A stretch of 64,000 nt of DNA from Deltaproteobacteria bacterium (lineage in GTDB: Bacteria; Desulfobacterota; Desulfomonilia; UBA1062). The stretch spans positions 4,804 to 68,803 of the forward strand of contig JAHDRW010000028.1 of the NCBI GenBank assembly GCA_018433085.1, read 5' to 3'. Made by a program: the position numbers and the translations under genes. This document shows, piece after piece, positions 49,119-60,273 of this stretch. Within the stretch, counting starts at the first letter, position 1. Every line of letters starts with the position of its first letter. The notes under the pieces are model-generated. The model was given only the letters and a program-made list of their open reading frames with translations. It made no database searches and was not told the DNA's origin.

Positions 49119-50339
49119 ATGATGTACCTATTTCACATTCGATCTCTCAAATCACTCGCCTTTCTCACACTCGCGGTTCTCCTCTCGTCGTGCAGCAGCG
49201 ACAGCCACGATCACGATCCCCAGGCGGAGAGCAGCACCGGTCCCGGAGGCGTGCTCTCATCCATCGCCGTCACCCCGGGAAACTCGAGCATCGGCATGCA
49301 GCAGACCAGGCAGTTTACCGCCGTGGGCATCTACAGCAACGGCTCTTCCGAGAATCTGACAGATTCCGTGACCTGGTCCACATCCGACGAGAATATCGTC
49401 AGCATCAGCGAAACCGGCCTGGCCACCGCCCATGCGGAAGGCGACGCGACCATCACCGCCACCATGGACGGCGCCTCGGGCTCTACCCTCGTGAGGGTGT
49501 CTCTCTCGGACGCCACGGACCCCTCACCTCCGGAAAATCCCGATTCTCTCCCCGGCGTCTCGACCGTCATTATCGACCACACCGCCACGAATATCGATGC
49601 CGTGCCGGCTGAATGGATCGAGAAGGCCGCAGAGAGCCTGTGCATCGCCTATGGCCATACCTCCCACGGGAGCCAGATCATCGACGGCATGACCGGGCTG
49701 GTGGATTTCAGGGGAAGCAGCTATGCCTTCAACGCAAGCGGCGCCGGAGGCGCGCTCGAGCTACGCGACACGCCGTTTCCGGGAGCGAACGATCTCGGCA
49801 GCCCGAGCCGCACTGCATGGGCCGGGGCCACCCGGACCTATCTGGACGCGCACCCCGAGGTCAATGTGGTCATGTGGTCATGGTGCGGCCAGGTTTCCGA
49901 CGCCACGGAGGCGGACATCAATACCTATCTGAACCTCATGGATACCCTGGAGGGTGAGTATCCCGAGGTGCGGTTCGTCTACATGACCGGCCATCTCGAC
50001 GGTACCGGTCTCGAAGGGAACCTGCACCGGAGGAACGAGCAGATCCGGCAATACTGCAGGGAGAACGGTAAAATACTCTATGATTTTGAAGACATCGAAA
50101 CCTACGACCCGGACGGCGTCTTCTACGGCGACAGGTATCCGAACGACGCCTGCGCGTACGACTCCGACGGCGACGGGAGCCGTGATGCAAACTGGGCCAT
50201 CCAGTGGCAAAATGCCCATGTGGAGGGCCAGGACTGGTATGACTGCTATTCGGCGCACTCCCAGCCGCTCAATGCAAATCTCAAGGCCTATGCGGCATGG
50301 TCGCTCTGGGCGAGGATCGCGGGGTGGAACGGGCGGTAG
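49119..50339 (+). CDS. Lipoprotein with Big_2 (bacterial Ig-like) domain and C-terminal domain of unknown function
   Basis: Lipobox LLSSC. IAVTPGNSSIGMQQTRQFTAV...ATAHAEGDATITA is Big_2-like. RBS GGAGGAGG. Confidence 0.55.
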   Translation: MMYLFHIRSLKSLAFLTLAVLLSSCSSDSHDHDPQAESSTGPGGVLSSIAVTPGNSSIGMQQTRQFTAVGIYSNGSSENLTDSVTWSTSDENIVSISETGLATAHAEGDATITATMDGASGSTLVRVSLSDATDPSPPENPDSLPGVSTVIIDHTATNIDAVPAEWIEKAAESLCIAYGHTSHGSQIIDGMTGLVDFRGSSYAFNASGAGGALELRDTPFPGANDLGSPSRTAWAGATRTYLDAHPEVNVVMWSWCGQVSDATEADINTYLNLMDTLEGEYPEVRFVYMTGHLDGTGLEGNLHRRNEQIRQYCRENGKILYDFEDIETYDPDGVFYGDRYPNDACAYDSDGDGSRDANWAIQWQNAHVEGQDWYDCYSAHSQPLNANLKAYAAWSLWARIAGWNGR

Positions 50340-50360
50340 CGGAACATCCGCCGGGAGAGG

Positions 50361-51542
50361 GTGCAAGGCATGGGTCTCCATCTTTTCGGAGAGGCCCTTC
50401 AAAGAACCGACATGTACCTTTTGCCTGAAGACACGGCCGGGGCGGCTGTCCACCCAATCAACGGGATTGCCCGGATGCCGCTTTCGCAGATCGGACGTCT
50501 CTGCTGCATGATCGACCGGGACAGGCGCCGGCGGGGCAGGGCGCTCGACACGATAGGGCTCGGCCCCAGGGAGACCCCGTCGGAGACCGTGCTGGCAGGG
50601 CCGTCGTTCACGCTGAGGTCGTATGGAGACGCAGGGAGCGAAGGGCGAGCGGTGCTCATTGTTCCGGCGCCCATCAAACGGGCGTATATCTGGGATCTCG
50701 ATCCGCAGATCAGCGTGGTGAGGCGGTTCCTGAAGCAGGGTATCCGGGTCCGGCTCATCCGCTGGGAGATGCCGGGGATTCGGGAGCAGGGGCTCGGTCT
50801 GGCCCATTATGCCGGGCAATGCATCCTCGACTGCCTGGACGCCATGAAACCCGGGTTGGGGGAAAAAAAGCCTTTTCTGGCAGGGCATTCTCTGGGTGGC
50901 ACCTTTGCCGCGATCTTCGCCTCCCTGCATCCCGATATGGTCGGGGGGCTCGTTCTGCTTGGCGCCCCGATCAGGTTCGGACCCGGTATGGGGGCGATCG
51001 ATTCTCTGGTGGCCTGTGCCCCGGATGCCCGAGTGTTCCCCTTTGTGCCGGGAAATGTCCCTGGCTGGTTACTCAGCGCCATGAGCACCTTGGCATCTCC
51101 ATCGAGTTTTCAGACCGAACGGTGGGTCGACTGGCAGGCGAGCCTGCCTGACCCCCGGCTGCTGGCGACGCACGTGAAGGTACAGCGCTGGACCTTGGAC
51201 GAGCTGCCCATGCCCGGGTTGATCTTCCAAGAGATCATGGAAAGGCTCTACCGCCGGGACTGCTTTATGAGCTCCACGCTCGAGATCGACGGTACACTCG
51301 CCTCGCCCCTGAACGTCAGGGCCCCGATCCTCACGGTGGCGGACAGGCGCTCGGTGCTGGTTCCGCCGGAGGCATCCCTGCCGCTGCACGACATCGCCGG
51401 GAGCCAGGCGAACCGGGTGCTCTGGTACGAGGAAGAGCAGGGGGTCGCATTGCAGCACGTGGGGATGCTGGTGGGCAGGAAGGCCCACCGCTCACTGTGG
51501 CCCGGGATCCTCAGGTGGATCGAAGAGTGTGATGAGGCCTGA
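50361..51542 (+). CDS. Alpha/beta-hydrolase fold protein (PHA synthase/depolymerase-like N-terminal topology)
   Basis: GHSLGG nucleophile elbow. Start uncertain. Confidence 0.5.
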   Translation: MQGMGLHLFGEALQRTDMYLLPEDTAGAAVHPINGIARMPLSQIGRLCCMIDRDRRRRGRALDTIGLGPRETPSETVLAGPSFTLRSYGDAGSEGRAVLIVPAPIKRAYIWDLDPQISVVRRFLKQGIRVRLIRWEMPGIREQGLGLAHYAGQCILDCLDAMKPGLGEKKPFLAGHSLGGTFAAIFASLHPDMVGGLVLLGAPIRFGPGMGAIDSLVACAPDARVFPFVPGNVPGWLLSAMSTLASPSSFQTERWVDWQASLPDPRLLATHVKVQRWTLDELPMPGLIFQEIMERLYRRDCFMSSTLEIDGTLASPLNVRAPILTVADRRSVLVPPEASLPLHDIAGSQANRVLWYEEEQGVALQHVGMLVGRKAHRSLWPGILRWIEECDEA

Positions 51543-51543
51543 A

Positions 51544-53877
51544 TCAGCCGCGTTTCCGACCCGAAGAGGCCGGAACGGGTTCCGCGAGGGTTTCCCATGG
51601 CGAATCACCCGGTCTCCCTGTCTCCTTCTCGAAGAATCTCCTGAAAACCAGGAGCAGGGACGAGAGCACGAACAGGTCGCAGATCAGCGCGATGAACAGT
51701 GTGAGCGAGAGCAGCAGCCCGAAATCACGTGAAGGCTGGAAGCCGGAGACGATCACCACGGAGAAGCTCGCCACGATGATCACCGTGGTGAAGATCAGGG
51801 CCCTGCCCACGAGGATGGTGGCCTTTCTCAGAGCGACGTGGAACGTGTTCCTTCCCCCCGCGAGCTCCCTGCGGAACCGGGAGATCAGATGGATGGTGTC
51901 GTCCACGGCAATCCCTAATGCCACGGAAGAGATCATGACCGTTCCCACGTTCAGGCTGATGCCCGCCCAGCCCATGATTCCGATGACGAACATGATGGGG
52001 AGCAGGTTGGGAAGCAGGGACAAAAGACCGAACCGTATCGAGAACAGGATGAGAAAGAGCATCCCGAACACCAGGACGAACGCCAGCGAGAACGACTTGA
52101 TCTGGCTCTCCACGATGTACTTGTCCAGCATGCTCAGGAGGTACGACGAGCCGGTGACGGATATGCGCAGGCCCTCCACCCCGGCGTACGCTGTCTTTGC
52201 CAGGGCGAGTATCTTATCGGAGATGATGCGGCCTTGCTCGGAGCTTCCGTAGGAGAGCTTTACGGCGATCCTTCCCTTGGAGAAGTCATGGCTCGCCACC
52301 CGCTCCAGCTCCTCGGTTCCGGTTTCCGAGAAGCTCAGCAGCAGGATTTCCTGGGCGATGAGCTCCCGTGAGTCCGGAATCCGGTACTCGTCGGGCGAGC
52401 CTTCGTTCAGCGCCCTGTTGAGCGCCTTGACGTAACCGGCAAGCGAGATGACCTTCTTCACCTCGGGCATTGCCTCGATATCCAGCACCAGCGCGTCCAT
52501 GCGGGAGAGGATGCCGGGTTGCATCATGAGATCGCTTTCACCCTCGATGATGACCTCCAGGGTGCCGATACCGGTGAGCTCCCGGTCCAGGGTTTTGGCG
52601 TTGCGGTACATGGCGCTGTCCCGGGGGAACCACTCCAGCTCGTTGGTCTCGATCCGCACCCGGTTCATGCCGAGCACCGCGATGGCAAGGGCTGCCGCGG
52701 TCATGAAGAGAATGAGCCGGGAGTGCCTTTCGTTGATCCGGAACACCGTGGCCAGCAGATGTCCCCAGTACTTGTGCGGTATCTTCCGGTGTGCTGGCGT
52801 CAGCGAAAGCATGAGCGGCACGATGCACAGGGAGATGACGAAGCCGAACATCACCCCTGCCGCGGAAACCATACCGAAGTGCCGCACCGCGCTGATGGGG
52901 CTGGTGGTCAGCGACAGCAGCCCCATGGACGTGGTGATGGAGGTGTGGAAACAGGGTGTGGTGATGTAGGAGACCGCATTGATGAACGAGCGTTCCGCGC
53001 TCCCCTTCTCCCGCACCTCTTCGAAATATTCCATGATATGGACCGTGTTGGACACGGAGAGTATGATGATCAGCGGGATGATCATCCCGCTCAGGGCATT
53101 GAAGCTCAAGCCGAGAAGCGAGTGGAACCCGAGTGTCCAGCAGAGGCTCATGAGAATGACGGCCACGGCAATGCCGATTTTGACCGGGGACCGGAAGAGT
53201 ACATAAACGATGACCACGATAATGGAAAGGCCGAGTATGGGCAGGATGGTCTCGTTCTGCTCGGTCACCCGGTTGAACTCGTGGTTGACCATGATATCGC
53301 CGGAGAGGAAGGTGTCGACCCCCGCCGGCCTGCCCTGCTCCATGCATGCCTCCACCTGGCTGACGGTCTGCGCCATCTCCCGGGCGTCCATGTCGTCGAA
53401 AACCAGCACGATGGCGCCCAGCGTGCCCGACCGCGAGACGAGATACCCGGCGAAGAGCTCGTCCTCGAGCGCATACCGTCTGATCGTGTCCGTGTCCGTA
53501 CTCTCGAGGTTTTTTAGCAGGGGGTTGATCTCCATGCCCTCGGCGGTTCCGATGATCTTGCTGGCCGTGGCCAGGCTGTAGGCCTGCTTTACGCGTTCAA
53601 GACCCTTGAGTTCCTCGGTCTTCAGGCGGAGATAGCCCAGGCTCTCCCGGGTGAAGAGCTCCCCGGCCTGCACGGCAACGATGAGATACCTGCTTCCCTC
53701 GAAGGTGTCCCGGAAGGCCTGGTAGTTGACGGAAACCGGGTCGTCGGGTGAAAACCACGAGCTGATAGAGTTTTCCATCTCCATGGAGATGGACAGCCCG
53801 AAGAAGGCGGTCAGGGCGAGGGTCAGGACACACAGGGCGTATCTGGCCCGGAAGAGGATGTGCGCGATAATTTCCAC
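51544..53877 (-). CDS. MMPL/RND-superfamily transporter (HpnN-like)
   Basis: 12 TM with two large periplasmic loops and sterol-sensing-like repeats. 777 aa. GTG start with weak RBS. Confidence 0.75.
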   Translation of the reverse strand: MEIIAHILFRARYALCVLTLALTAFFGLSISMEMENSISSWFSPDDPVSVNYQAFRDTFEGSRYLIVAVQAGELFTRESLGYLRLKTEELKGLERVKQAYSLATASKIIGTAEGMEINPLLKNLESTDTDTIRRYALEDELFAGYLVSRSGTLGAIVLVFDDMDAREMAQTVSQVEACMEQGRPAGVDTFLSGDIMVNHEFNRVTEQNETILPILGLSIIVVIVYVLFRSPVKIGIAVAVILMSLCWTLGFHSLLGLSFNALSGMIIPLIIILSVSNTVHIMEYFEEVREKGSAERSFINAVSYITTPCFHTSITTSMGLLSLTTSPISAVRHFGMVSAAGVMFGFVISLCIVPLMLSLTPAHRKIPHKYWGHLLATVFRINERHSRLILFMTAAALAIAVLGMNRVRIETNELEWFPRDSAMYRNAKTLDRELTGIGTLEVIIEGESDLMMQPGILSRMDALVLDIEAMPEVKKVISLAGYVKALNRALNEGSPDEYRIPDSRELIAQEILLLSFSETGTEELERVASHDFSKGRIAVKLSYGSSEQGRIISDKILALAKTAYAGVEGLRISVTGSSYLLSMLDKYIVESQIKSFSLAFVLVFGMLFLILFSIRFGLLSLLPNLLPIMFVIGIMGWAGISLNVGTVMISSVALGIAVDDTIHLISRFRRELAGGRNTFHVALRKATILVGRALIFTTVIIVASFSVVIVSGFQPSRDFGLLLSLTLFIALICDLFVLSSLLLVFRRFFEKETGRPGDSPWETLAEPVPASSGRKRG

Positions 53878-54407
53878 TTTCCAGCACTAACTGCGCGAAA
53901 TCCGCATGTCTTAAAAACCCTCCTCGCGGGCTCAACCCGCCCTCGGGCGGGATCTCTCCCGGCGGACGGGGATGCCCGCCGCCGGAGGCCCTCCCTGGTA
54001 ACCCCGGGGTCTCGTCGCTTCGAGGCCCTGCTGTTTTCCCGCTGACGCGAAAGGATTCGTCGACCAGGGGAAAAGAGTTCCCCGCATGCCCCTCTCCCCT
54101 TTGGCCGGGTAATCCATCGAGGGCCTTCCCGGGCCCGGATTTGACGGGTGCATGCCCCGGACAACAGCACCATAGTCCAATAAATACAGATATCATAATA
54201 TCACAGGATCCTATGAAATCCAGGGCATAGATTGGGCCGGCATATTTTTCTGGCATCCGGGAAGACGAAAGTTTGCCCTTTCCATCCGGGCGGGTCCTGG
54301 GATAATACTGATCCGGAAAATAAAGCACTGAACCGAATTCCGGGAAGGAACCGTGTGTAATCCGGAAGAATCGGATACCGGGGCGGTAAGGCGCATTGAG
54401 AAAGATT

Positions 54408-54890
54408 ATGGGGGTGTTGACTACCGTGAACGTACAGCCTGCGACCATCGAGGATTTCGAGAGCTGGCTCGACCTGGCCGGCGAAGTGGAGCACCTGTTC
54501 GGGGCCATGGTCGACGAGCCGTCGTTTCGCGACGCCCTGAAGGAGTCGATCCGAGAAGGGCGATCGTTCTGTGTGAGAGAGGGCGATGCCGGGCCCGGCG
54601 CGCCTCTGCTCGGCGGTATCGTGATCATATTTTCCCGCAACGAGATCGAGTGGTTCGCCGTGTCCGGGAGGTGCCGCGGCAAAGGGGTGGGGAAGGCCCT
54701 GCTGACCCATGTCCTCACCTTGCTGGATGCCCGCAGGGACATCACGGTCAGGACCTTTGACCACTCGTCGGAAGAGGGGAGGCCGGCGCGCCGGCTCTAC
54801 CGCGCGTTCGGCTTCCGCGATCACGGCTCGTACGGACCCACCCCAACGGGATTTTCCACCGTGGTCATGCTTCGGCAGAAAGAGGGGTAG
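54408..54890 (+). CDS. GNAT family N-acetyltransferase
   Basis: CRGKGVGKALL acetyl-CoA binding motif. Confidence 0.65.
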   Translation: MGVLTTVNVQPATIEDFESWLDLAGEVEHLFGAMVDEPSFRDALKESIREGRSFCVREGDAGPGAPLLGGIVIIFSRNEIEWFAVSGRCRGKGVGKALLTHVLTLLDARRDITVRTFDHSSEEGRPARRLYRAFGFRDHGSYGPTPTGFSTVVMLRQKEG

Positions 54891-54997
54891 CGCGGCATGC
54901 CGTCCGGACGGGCGGAAACAGGGTGTATCCGGGCGTGATCGGCAAGCGCTGGAGGTGACGGCCTAGAGGAGTTGTCCCTTTTCTCCTTATCTTATAC

Positions 54998-55606
54998 TTA
55001 TGCACCCGGTGTGGCCGCGCAATACCGGTCACCCTCCCGGAACACCCGGCCCATCCGCATGAGCCTGTCCAGGTGCTTGTGCATCATGTGCCGCTCCGAT
55101 ACGGCCAGGTTCCAGGCCCCGATGCTCTCTGCCCGTCCATGGATGATCCCCTGGTCCGTTATCCGGTCCAGGGTCGCGGGCCCCTGGCGAAGGAATTCCA
55201 GCGGCCGCTCTTCACGTGTCGCTATGCTTCCGAGGTACTGCTCGATGAGTTCCGGGTCTCCCTCGTGCACCCCTTTCCCGTGAGCGGTGAGGTAGACATC
55301 GGCGGGGATGGTCTTGAGGCGCTTTAAGGACGAGATAGTCTGGTCCAGGTCCGAGACCGGGTCTCCGTAATACGGCCCTGATTTTACCAGGTCCCAGTCC
55401 GCGAGATAGAGAATTCGCTCTTGGGGGAAATAAAAGGAACAGTGCCCCGGGGTGTGGCCGGGCGAGTGCACTACCCGGCACAGTGTGCCGCCCGGATTCA
55501 ACTCAAGGGTCTCGAACGGACACCGTACACCGTCCGTCTCCGCGCCCGTCCATGACCCCGCTCCACGCTTCCGCTTGCGCCGACCGCCGGCATCATCAGG
55601 AAACAC
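54998..55606 (-). pseudogene. MBL-fold metallo-hydrolase, C-terminal fragment only (5'-truncated remnant?)
   Basis: HSPGHTPGH and downstream MBL motifs present. HxHxDH N-terminal half absent. A low-GC non-coding stretch lies upstream. Confidence 0.4.
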
Positions 55607-55828
55607 CGGTCATTGTAGTATAGAAGATAGCCAGGGGAAACACCAATGATGAGATACTCCGGCGACCGGAAGCGCCCTTTCCCCGGGCAGAAGGATGAGG
55701 CCCCTGGACAATTATCGGCAGAAGGACACGGCGCACTTGTTTTTTATTAGTTATTCAACTAAATTAAATATTGACAACCCCGGCGGGATTCATAATTAGT
55801 CATGTGACTAATATTGAAGGAGGTTGCC

Positions 55829-56941
55829 ATGAAGGTTGGTGTCCCCAGGGAGATCAAGGAGCGTGAAGGGAGGGTTGCCATAACCCCGGCAGGGGTGTCG
55901 GCGCTGACCGGCCACGGGCATGTGGTGTATGTGGAGAAGGGCGCCGGGGCGGGCTCAGGCATAACGGACGAGGCCTTTGAAAAGGCGGGTGCGTTCATGG
56001 CCTCGGATTCCGAGTCCCTCTGGGATTCCTCAGAAATGATCGTCAAGGTCAAGGAGCCCGTGGAAGCGGAGTTCGAGCGGATGCGCGAGGGGCAGGTCCT
56101 CTTTACCTACCTGCATCTCGCCGCATCGGAAAAACTGACGGACAAGCTTCTCGAGCGTGGGATCATCGGGATTGCATACGAGACCATCCAGCTCGAGGAC
56201 GGTTCGCTCCCCCTGCTGGCACCCATGAGCGCCGTGGCCGGAAGGTTGTCCATTCAGGTCGGGTGCGCATGCCTGGAGGCGAAAAACAGGGGCAAGGGCA
56301 TCCTGCTCTCGGGTGTCCCCGGGGTGCATCCCGGCAAGGTCACCATCCTGGGCGGAGGCATTTCCGGCCTTAACGCGGCACACCTGGCCGCGGGCATGGG
56401 TGCCCTGGTCACCTTGCTGGACATCAGCCAGAAAAGGCTCGGCTACCTTTCCGACCTCTTCCACTCACGGGCCGTCACCCTCATGTCAACCCCTGCCAAT
56501 GTGGAACGGAGCGTGGTGGAGGCGGACCTGGTCATCGGCTCAGTTCTCGTCCCGGGGGCAAAAGCTCCCCATCTCATCACCCGGGAGCTCCTCAGGAAGA
56601 TGGAACCAGGGTCCGCCCTGGTGGACATCGCCATAGACCAGGGAGGGTGTGCCGAAACGAGCAGGCCCACCACCCACGACAATCCAGTCTACATCGAAGA
56701 GAACATTGTGCATTATTGCGTGTCCAACATGCCCGGCGCGGTGCCCCGTACCTCCACCCAGGCACTGACCAATGTGTCTCTGCCCTATGTGGTGGAACTG
56801 GCGAACAAAGGATGGCCCAGGGCCCTGCGGGAGAACAGCGCCCTGGCAAAGGGGCTGAACGTCATGAAGGGGAGCCTCGCCAACAGGAAGGTGGCCGAGG
56901 CTTTCGACCGGGAGTATACCGACTGCCGGTCGCTCCTGTAA
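55829..56941 (+). CDS. ald: Alanine dehydrogenase
   Basis: MKVGVPREIKEREGRVAITPAGV N-terminus, VTILGGGISGLNAAHLAAGMGA Rossmann, about 370 aa. RBS GGAGG. Confidence 0.8.
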   Translation: MKVGVPREIKEREGRVAITPAGVSALTGHGHVVYVEKGAGAGSGITDEAFEKAGAFMASDSESLWDSSEMIVKVKEPVEAEFERMREGQVLFTYLHLAASEKLTDKLLERGIIGIAYETIQLEDGSLPLLAPMSAVAGRLSIQVGCACLEAKNRGKGILLSGVPGVHPGKVTILGGGISGLNAAHLAAGMGALVTLLDISQKRLGYLSDLFHSRAVTLMSTPANVERSVVEADLVIGSVLVPGAKAPHLITRELLRKMEPGSALVDIAIDQGGCAETSRPTTHDNPVYIEENIVHYCVSNMPGAVPRTSTQALTNVSLPYVVELANKGWPRALRENSALAKGLNVMKGSLANRKVAEAFDREYTDCRSLL

Positions 56942-57218
56942 AGGCTGTATGCCTGAGCGGGAGCACACCGACCGTGGCTCGGCGGGACGATCTGTGGGCA
57001 GGTGCCCGCCCGGACAGGAGGCACCGGTTCCCGGGTGAGCATTGGTGGAGCCGGCATCGGTTCCTGCGCCCCGGGGCGCAGGTTGAACATGTGCGTGGAA
57101 CGGTTCCAGTGTCTGTGCTGGGCCGGATATTTCATGAACGGGGAGGTTTGCAGTGGAATATTGTCAGGAAACGGCATTCCTAAACGCGGTCATATGGGCG
57201 GGCAGTCCCATCAGGAAA

Positions 57219-58790
57219 ATGCAGGGAACCATGCGGATCGGGGGCGGGAAGATCCTGGGTATTGCCGCAAACGGACAGGCCCCGGGTGATGACCGGGATG
57301 CCCGGGACCTCACGGGAAGGCACATCATCCCCGGGCTCATCGACGCGCACCGGCATTTTTTCATATCAGCGCTTATCGCCCGGCACCGGGACGCGGGCGG
57401 ATGGAAGTCCAAATCCGATGCCCTGGACGCCATCCGTGAGGCGTGCCGCGGGGACCGGTCACCGGCCGGGTGGGTGTTTTTCTCGCGCATGGATCATACG
57501 AAGTGGAAGAATCCCGTACTGCCCACCTTAAGAGAGATGGACGCCATAGCCGGGTCGCGGCCGGTATTCGTTACGGACCTTACGCTGCACCGGTCGCTGG
57601 CTTCCACCGAGGCGATGCGGCGTGCGCAGCTCAGCAGGGATAGTCTCCGCTTTGCCGGGGACATGGATGTCCGCCGAAACGGCGAGCTCAAGGGCACCGT
57701 GTGGGAGGAGGCCCTTGGCAGAATTCTGTCCACCATGTACCGGGAGACGCTCCGGCATGCAACCGGGCAGGAAAAGCGGGAGATCATCCTCCAGGAGGCG
57801 AGCCGGTGCATCCGGATGGGTATCACCCATGTCCATGACCCGGGTGTCTCTTCCGACGTGCAGGTTCTCCTGGACGACGCGGGCAGGCATACCCCCCTGA
57901 AAATCAGCTGGGCGGTCGCTTCCGGGCAGTGCCTGTATACGCCGCCGTGCAGCGATGACGAGGCCGAGGCCGTCCATTCCCCCCATGCTCCCAGGAGCGT
58001 GAAATTCTTCCTGGACGGAGCCCATCGCACCGCGGCCAGCATGCCGGTCATGGCGGGCCTCAAGGCAACGATCCGGGCGGGGTTCGACAGCGTGTCCCAG
58101 ATGAACCTCGCCCCCGTGAAGCTCCTGCTCGAGCAGAAGATTCTCCTGAAGGGCGGGCGTCTGGTCATGCCGTATCTGCGGTTCGAAGATGCCCGTGATC
58201 TCCAGAAGCGGGCATCCGTGTTCTCCGAAAAAGGCTACCGGCTGGTGATTCACGCACTGGGAAATGTGGCCGTCCGGCAGGCGGCCGAGCTCATCAGGAC
58301 GATCCGGCCCGCCGGCGGTGCTTCGGTGGAGCACCTGCTCGTCATGGACGACGAAGACCTGGACATATTCGCCGGATGCGGGGCCGTGGCGTCGGTCCAG
58401 CCGGGCTTCATTCCCGGGTACGCCGAGACCATCGAGCGCATGGGGGCCATACCTTATCTGAAAACCTTTGCCCTGGGCAGCATGAAAAGGCGGGGCATCC
58501 CTGTCTGCATCAGTTCGGATGGACCCTGCGGGCCGGACGATCCCCTGTACAACGCCAGAAGGGCCGCAGACCGGAGAAAACCCGACGGCACCATGCTGGA
58601 TCCCGACGAACGGCTTTCCCAAGAAGACGCCCTGGCCGCCGCCAGCATCGGGGGAAGTCTCTCCATGGGCATGGCCAATGGGGGGCTGTGCACGGGAGCA
58701 CCTGCAACGTTCTGCGTGGTGGACGGAGACCCCTTCTCCGATGCGAGCCGCGTGATCCAGACCTGGATCGACGGGGTGAGGGTATATTGA
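57219..58790 (+). CDS. Amidohydrolase (Amidohydro_3 family)
   Basis: IIPGLIDAHRHF metal-binding motif. C-terminal SSDGPCGPDDPL and long insertion typical of Amidohydro_3. Start uncertain (57219 or 57231). Confidence 0.7.
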   Translation: MQGTMRIGGGKILGIAANGQAPGDDRDARDLTGRHIIPGLIDAHRHFFISALIARHRDAGGWKSKSDALDAIREACRGDRSPAGWVFFSRMDHTKWKNPVLPTLREMDAIAGSRPVFVTDLTLHRSLASTEAMRRAQLSRDSLRFAGDMDVRRNGELKGTVWEEALGRILSTMYRETLRHATGQEKREIILQEASRCIRMGITHVHDPGVSSDVQVLLDDAGRHTPLKISWAVASGQCLYTPPCSDDEAEAVHSPHAPRSVKFFLDGAHRTAASMPVMAGLKATIRAGFDSVSQMNLAPVKLLLEQKILLKGGRLVMPYLRFEDARDLQKRASVFSEKGYRLVIHALGNVAVRQAAELIRTIRPAGGASVEHLLVMDDEDLDIFAGCGAVASVQPGFIPGYAETIERMGAIPYLKTFALGSMKRRGIPVCISSDGPCGPDDPLYNARRAADRRKPDGTMLDPDERLSQEDALAAASIGGSLSMGMANGGLCTGAPATFCVVDGDPFSDASRVIQTWIDGVRVY

Positions 58791-58856
58791 GGTAAAGTGA
58801 ACAGTGGAGTGGCAATAAACCATGCGTGAGAAAATCATGCAGTGAAGGAGGATTGT

Positions 58857-60260
58857 ATGGGATACAGCGGGTGTAGGAAAATGGATGTCCAGGAGCGTGA
58901 CTATGTCCAGCACCTTTTCGGCAGGCATATCTCCAGAGGCCAGGTGAGATACCTGAGGTGCGCGCACCTGGATATCTATGAGCGCGACCGGCAGGGCTGC
59001 ACGGTGACGGATGCGGTTTCGGGGAAGCGATTCTTCGACTGCTTCAGCTCCGCCGGGTGCTTCAACGTGGGCAGGGGCAACCCGAAGATCAGGGAGACCC
59101 TGGAGAGAGCCCTGGACGACTGGGACATGGGGTCGCACCGGATGCTCTCGGAGCCCAAGATCAGGTTTGCGGAGAAGCTTGCATCGCTCTGTCCGGGCGA
59201 CCTCAAGAAGGTGGTGCTCTGCGCGACGGGCGCGGACGCGTGTGCGGCGGCCATAAAGCTGGCCAAGGGCGCCACGGGCAGGAACGACGTGATCACCATG
59301 GACAAGGCGTACCACGGGCACGAGGGCTTCAGCCTTTCCGCCAACGGCAAAGACTACTACAAGGAGCTGTTTCTGCCCCTGATGCCGGGATTCCACGTCG
59401 TTCCGTTCAACGACCTGGAGGCGGTAAGGAAGGTGGCGTCAAAGGACACCGCAGCCATCGTGCTGGAGCCGGTGCAGGGTGAGGGCGGCATTCACGTGGC
59501 CACCCGGGAGTTCATGAACGGCTTGAGGAAGCTTTGCGACGAACTGGGCATCATGCTCATCTTCGACGAAGTCCAGACCGGCTTCGGCCGTACGGGCAAG
59601 CTATGGGGGATGGAGCACTATGGGCTTGTCCCGGACATCATGTTCATCGCCAAGTCAATCAGCGGTGGGTTCTACCCCAACGGCGCGGTGGTCTACCGTG
59701 ATACTGAACGACTCACCGGCTACGTGGAACAGAATCCCCTTTTTCACTCATCCCACTCGGGCGGATCGGACTTGGGCTGCATCGTTTCCTCGGCCGTGTT
59801 GGACTACCTGGCCGAGAACAAGGTCTGGGACCACGCGGCAGAGATCGGGGCGCGGTTCAAGGAAGGGCTCATGGAAATATGGAGGGAAAACAGCCACGTG
59901 GTTCGGGAGGTGAGGGGGCTCGGCCTCATGATCGGCATTGAGTACAAATACGAGTTCCTGGGCGCGCTCATGGCCGACTGTCTGGCAAAGCAGGGCGTCT
60001 GGGCGGTGTACTCGGGCAACGCCCCGCAGGTCATGCGATTCCAGATCCCCGTCACCGCCGCCATGGACGAGGTGGAGGAGCTCCTGGCCCGCATCAGGGC
60101 CGCGGTGGACTCCATGAAGATATACCTGGTTCTTCTCCTTCCTCTGGCGAAGGTTCCCCTGTTCCGAATGGCTCTCGACAACCTGAAGGTGCAGATCATC
60201 GCATTCAACCTCGTGCGGGATCTGGAAGAGTTCGTCTTCAAGTATGTACTGAAGCGGTAA
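58857..60260 (+). CDS. Class-III PLP aminotransferase (divergent subfamily)
   Basis: LIFDEVQTGFGRTG, FIAKSISGG (PLP lysine present). GHxHP is replaced by GRGNP. RBS GGAGG. Confidence 0.75.
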   Translation: MGYSGCRKMDVQERDYVQHLFGRHISRGQVRYLRCAHLDIYERDRQGCTVTDAVSGKRFFDCFSSAGCFNVGRGNPKIRETLERALDDWDMGSHRMLSEPKIRFAEKLASLCPGDLKKVVLCATGADACAAAIKLAKGATGRNDVITMDKAYHGHEGFSLSANGKDYYKELFLPLMPGFHVVPFNDLEAVRKVASKDTAAIVLEPVQGEGGIHVATREFMNGLRKLCDELGIMLIFDEVQTGFGRTGKLWGMEHYGLVPDIMFIAKSISGGFYPNGAVVYRDTERLTGYVEQNPLFHSSHSGGSDLGCIVSSAVLDYLAENKVWDHAAEIGARFKEGLMEIWRENSHVVREVRGLGLMIGIEYKYEFLGALMADCLAKQGVWAVYSGNAPQVMRFQIPVTAAMDEVEELLARIRAAVDSMKIYLVLLLPLAKVPLFRMALDNLKVQIIAFNLVRDLEEFVFKYVLKR

Positions 60261-60273
60261 GGGAGGTGCGGAA

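Noticed and set aside
54230-54400. Candidate riboswitch-like region upstream of the GNAT gene
   Set aside because: No match to c-di-GMP, SAM or other consensus sequences I can recall. Only short local hairpins.
57528-59396. 622-aa minus-strand ORF across the Amidohydro_3 and aminotransferase genes
   Set aside because: Antisense GC artefact spanning two real genes.
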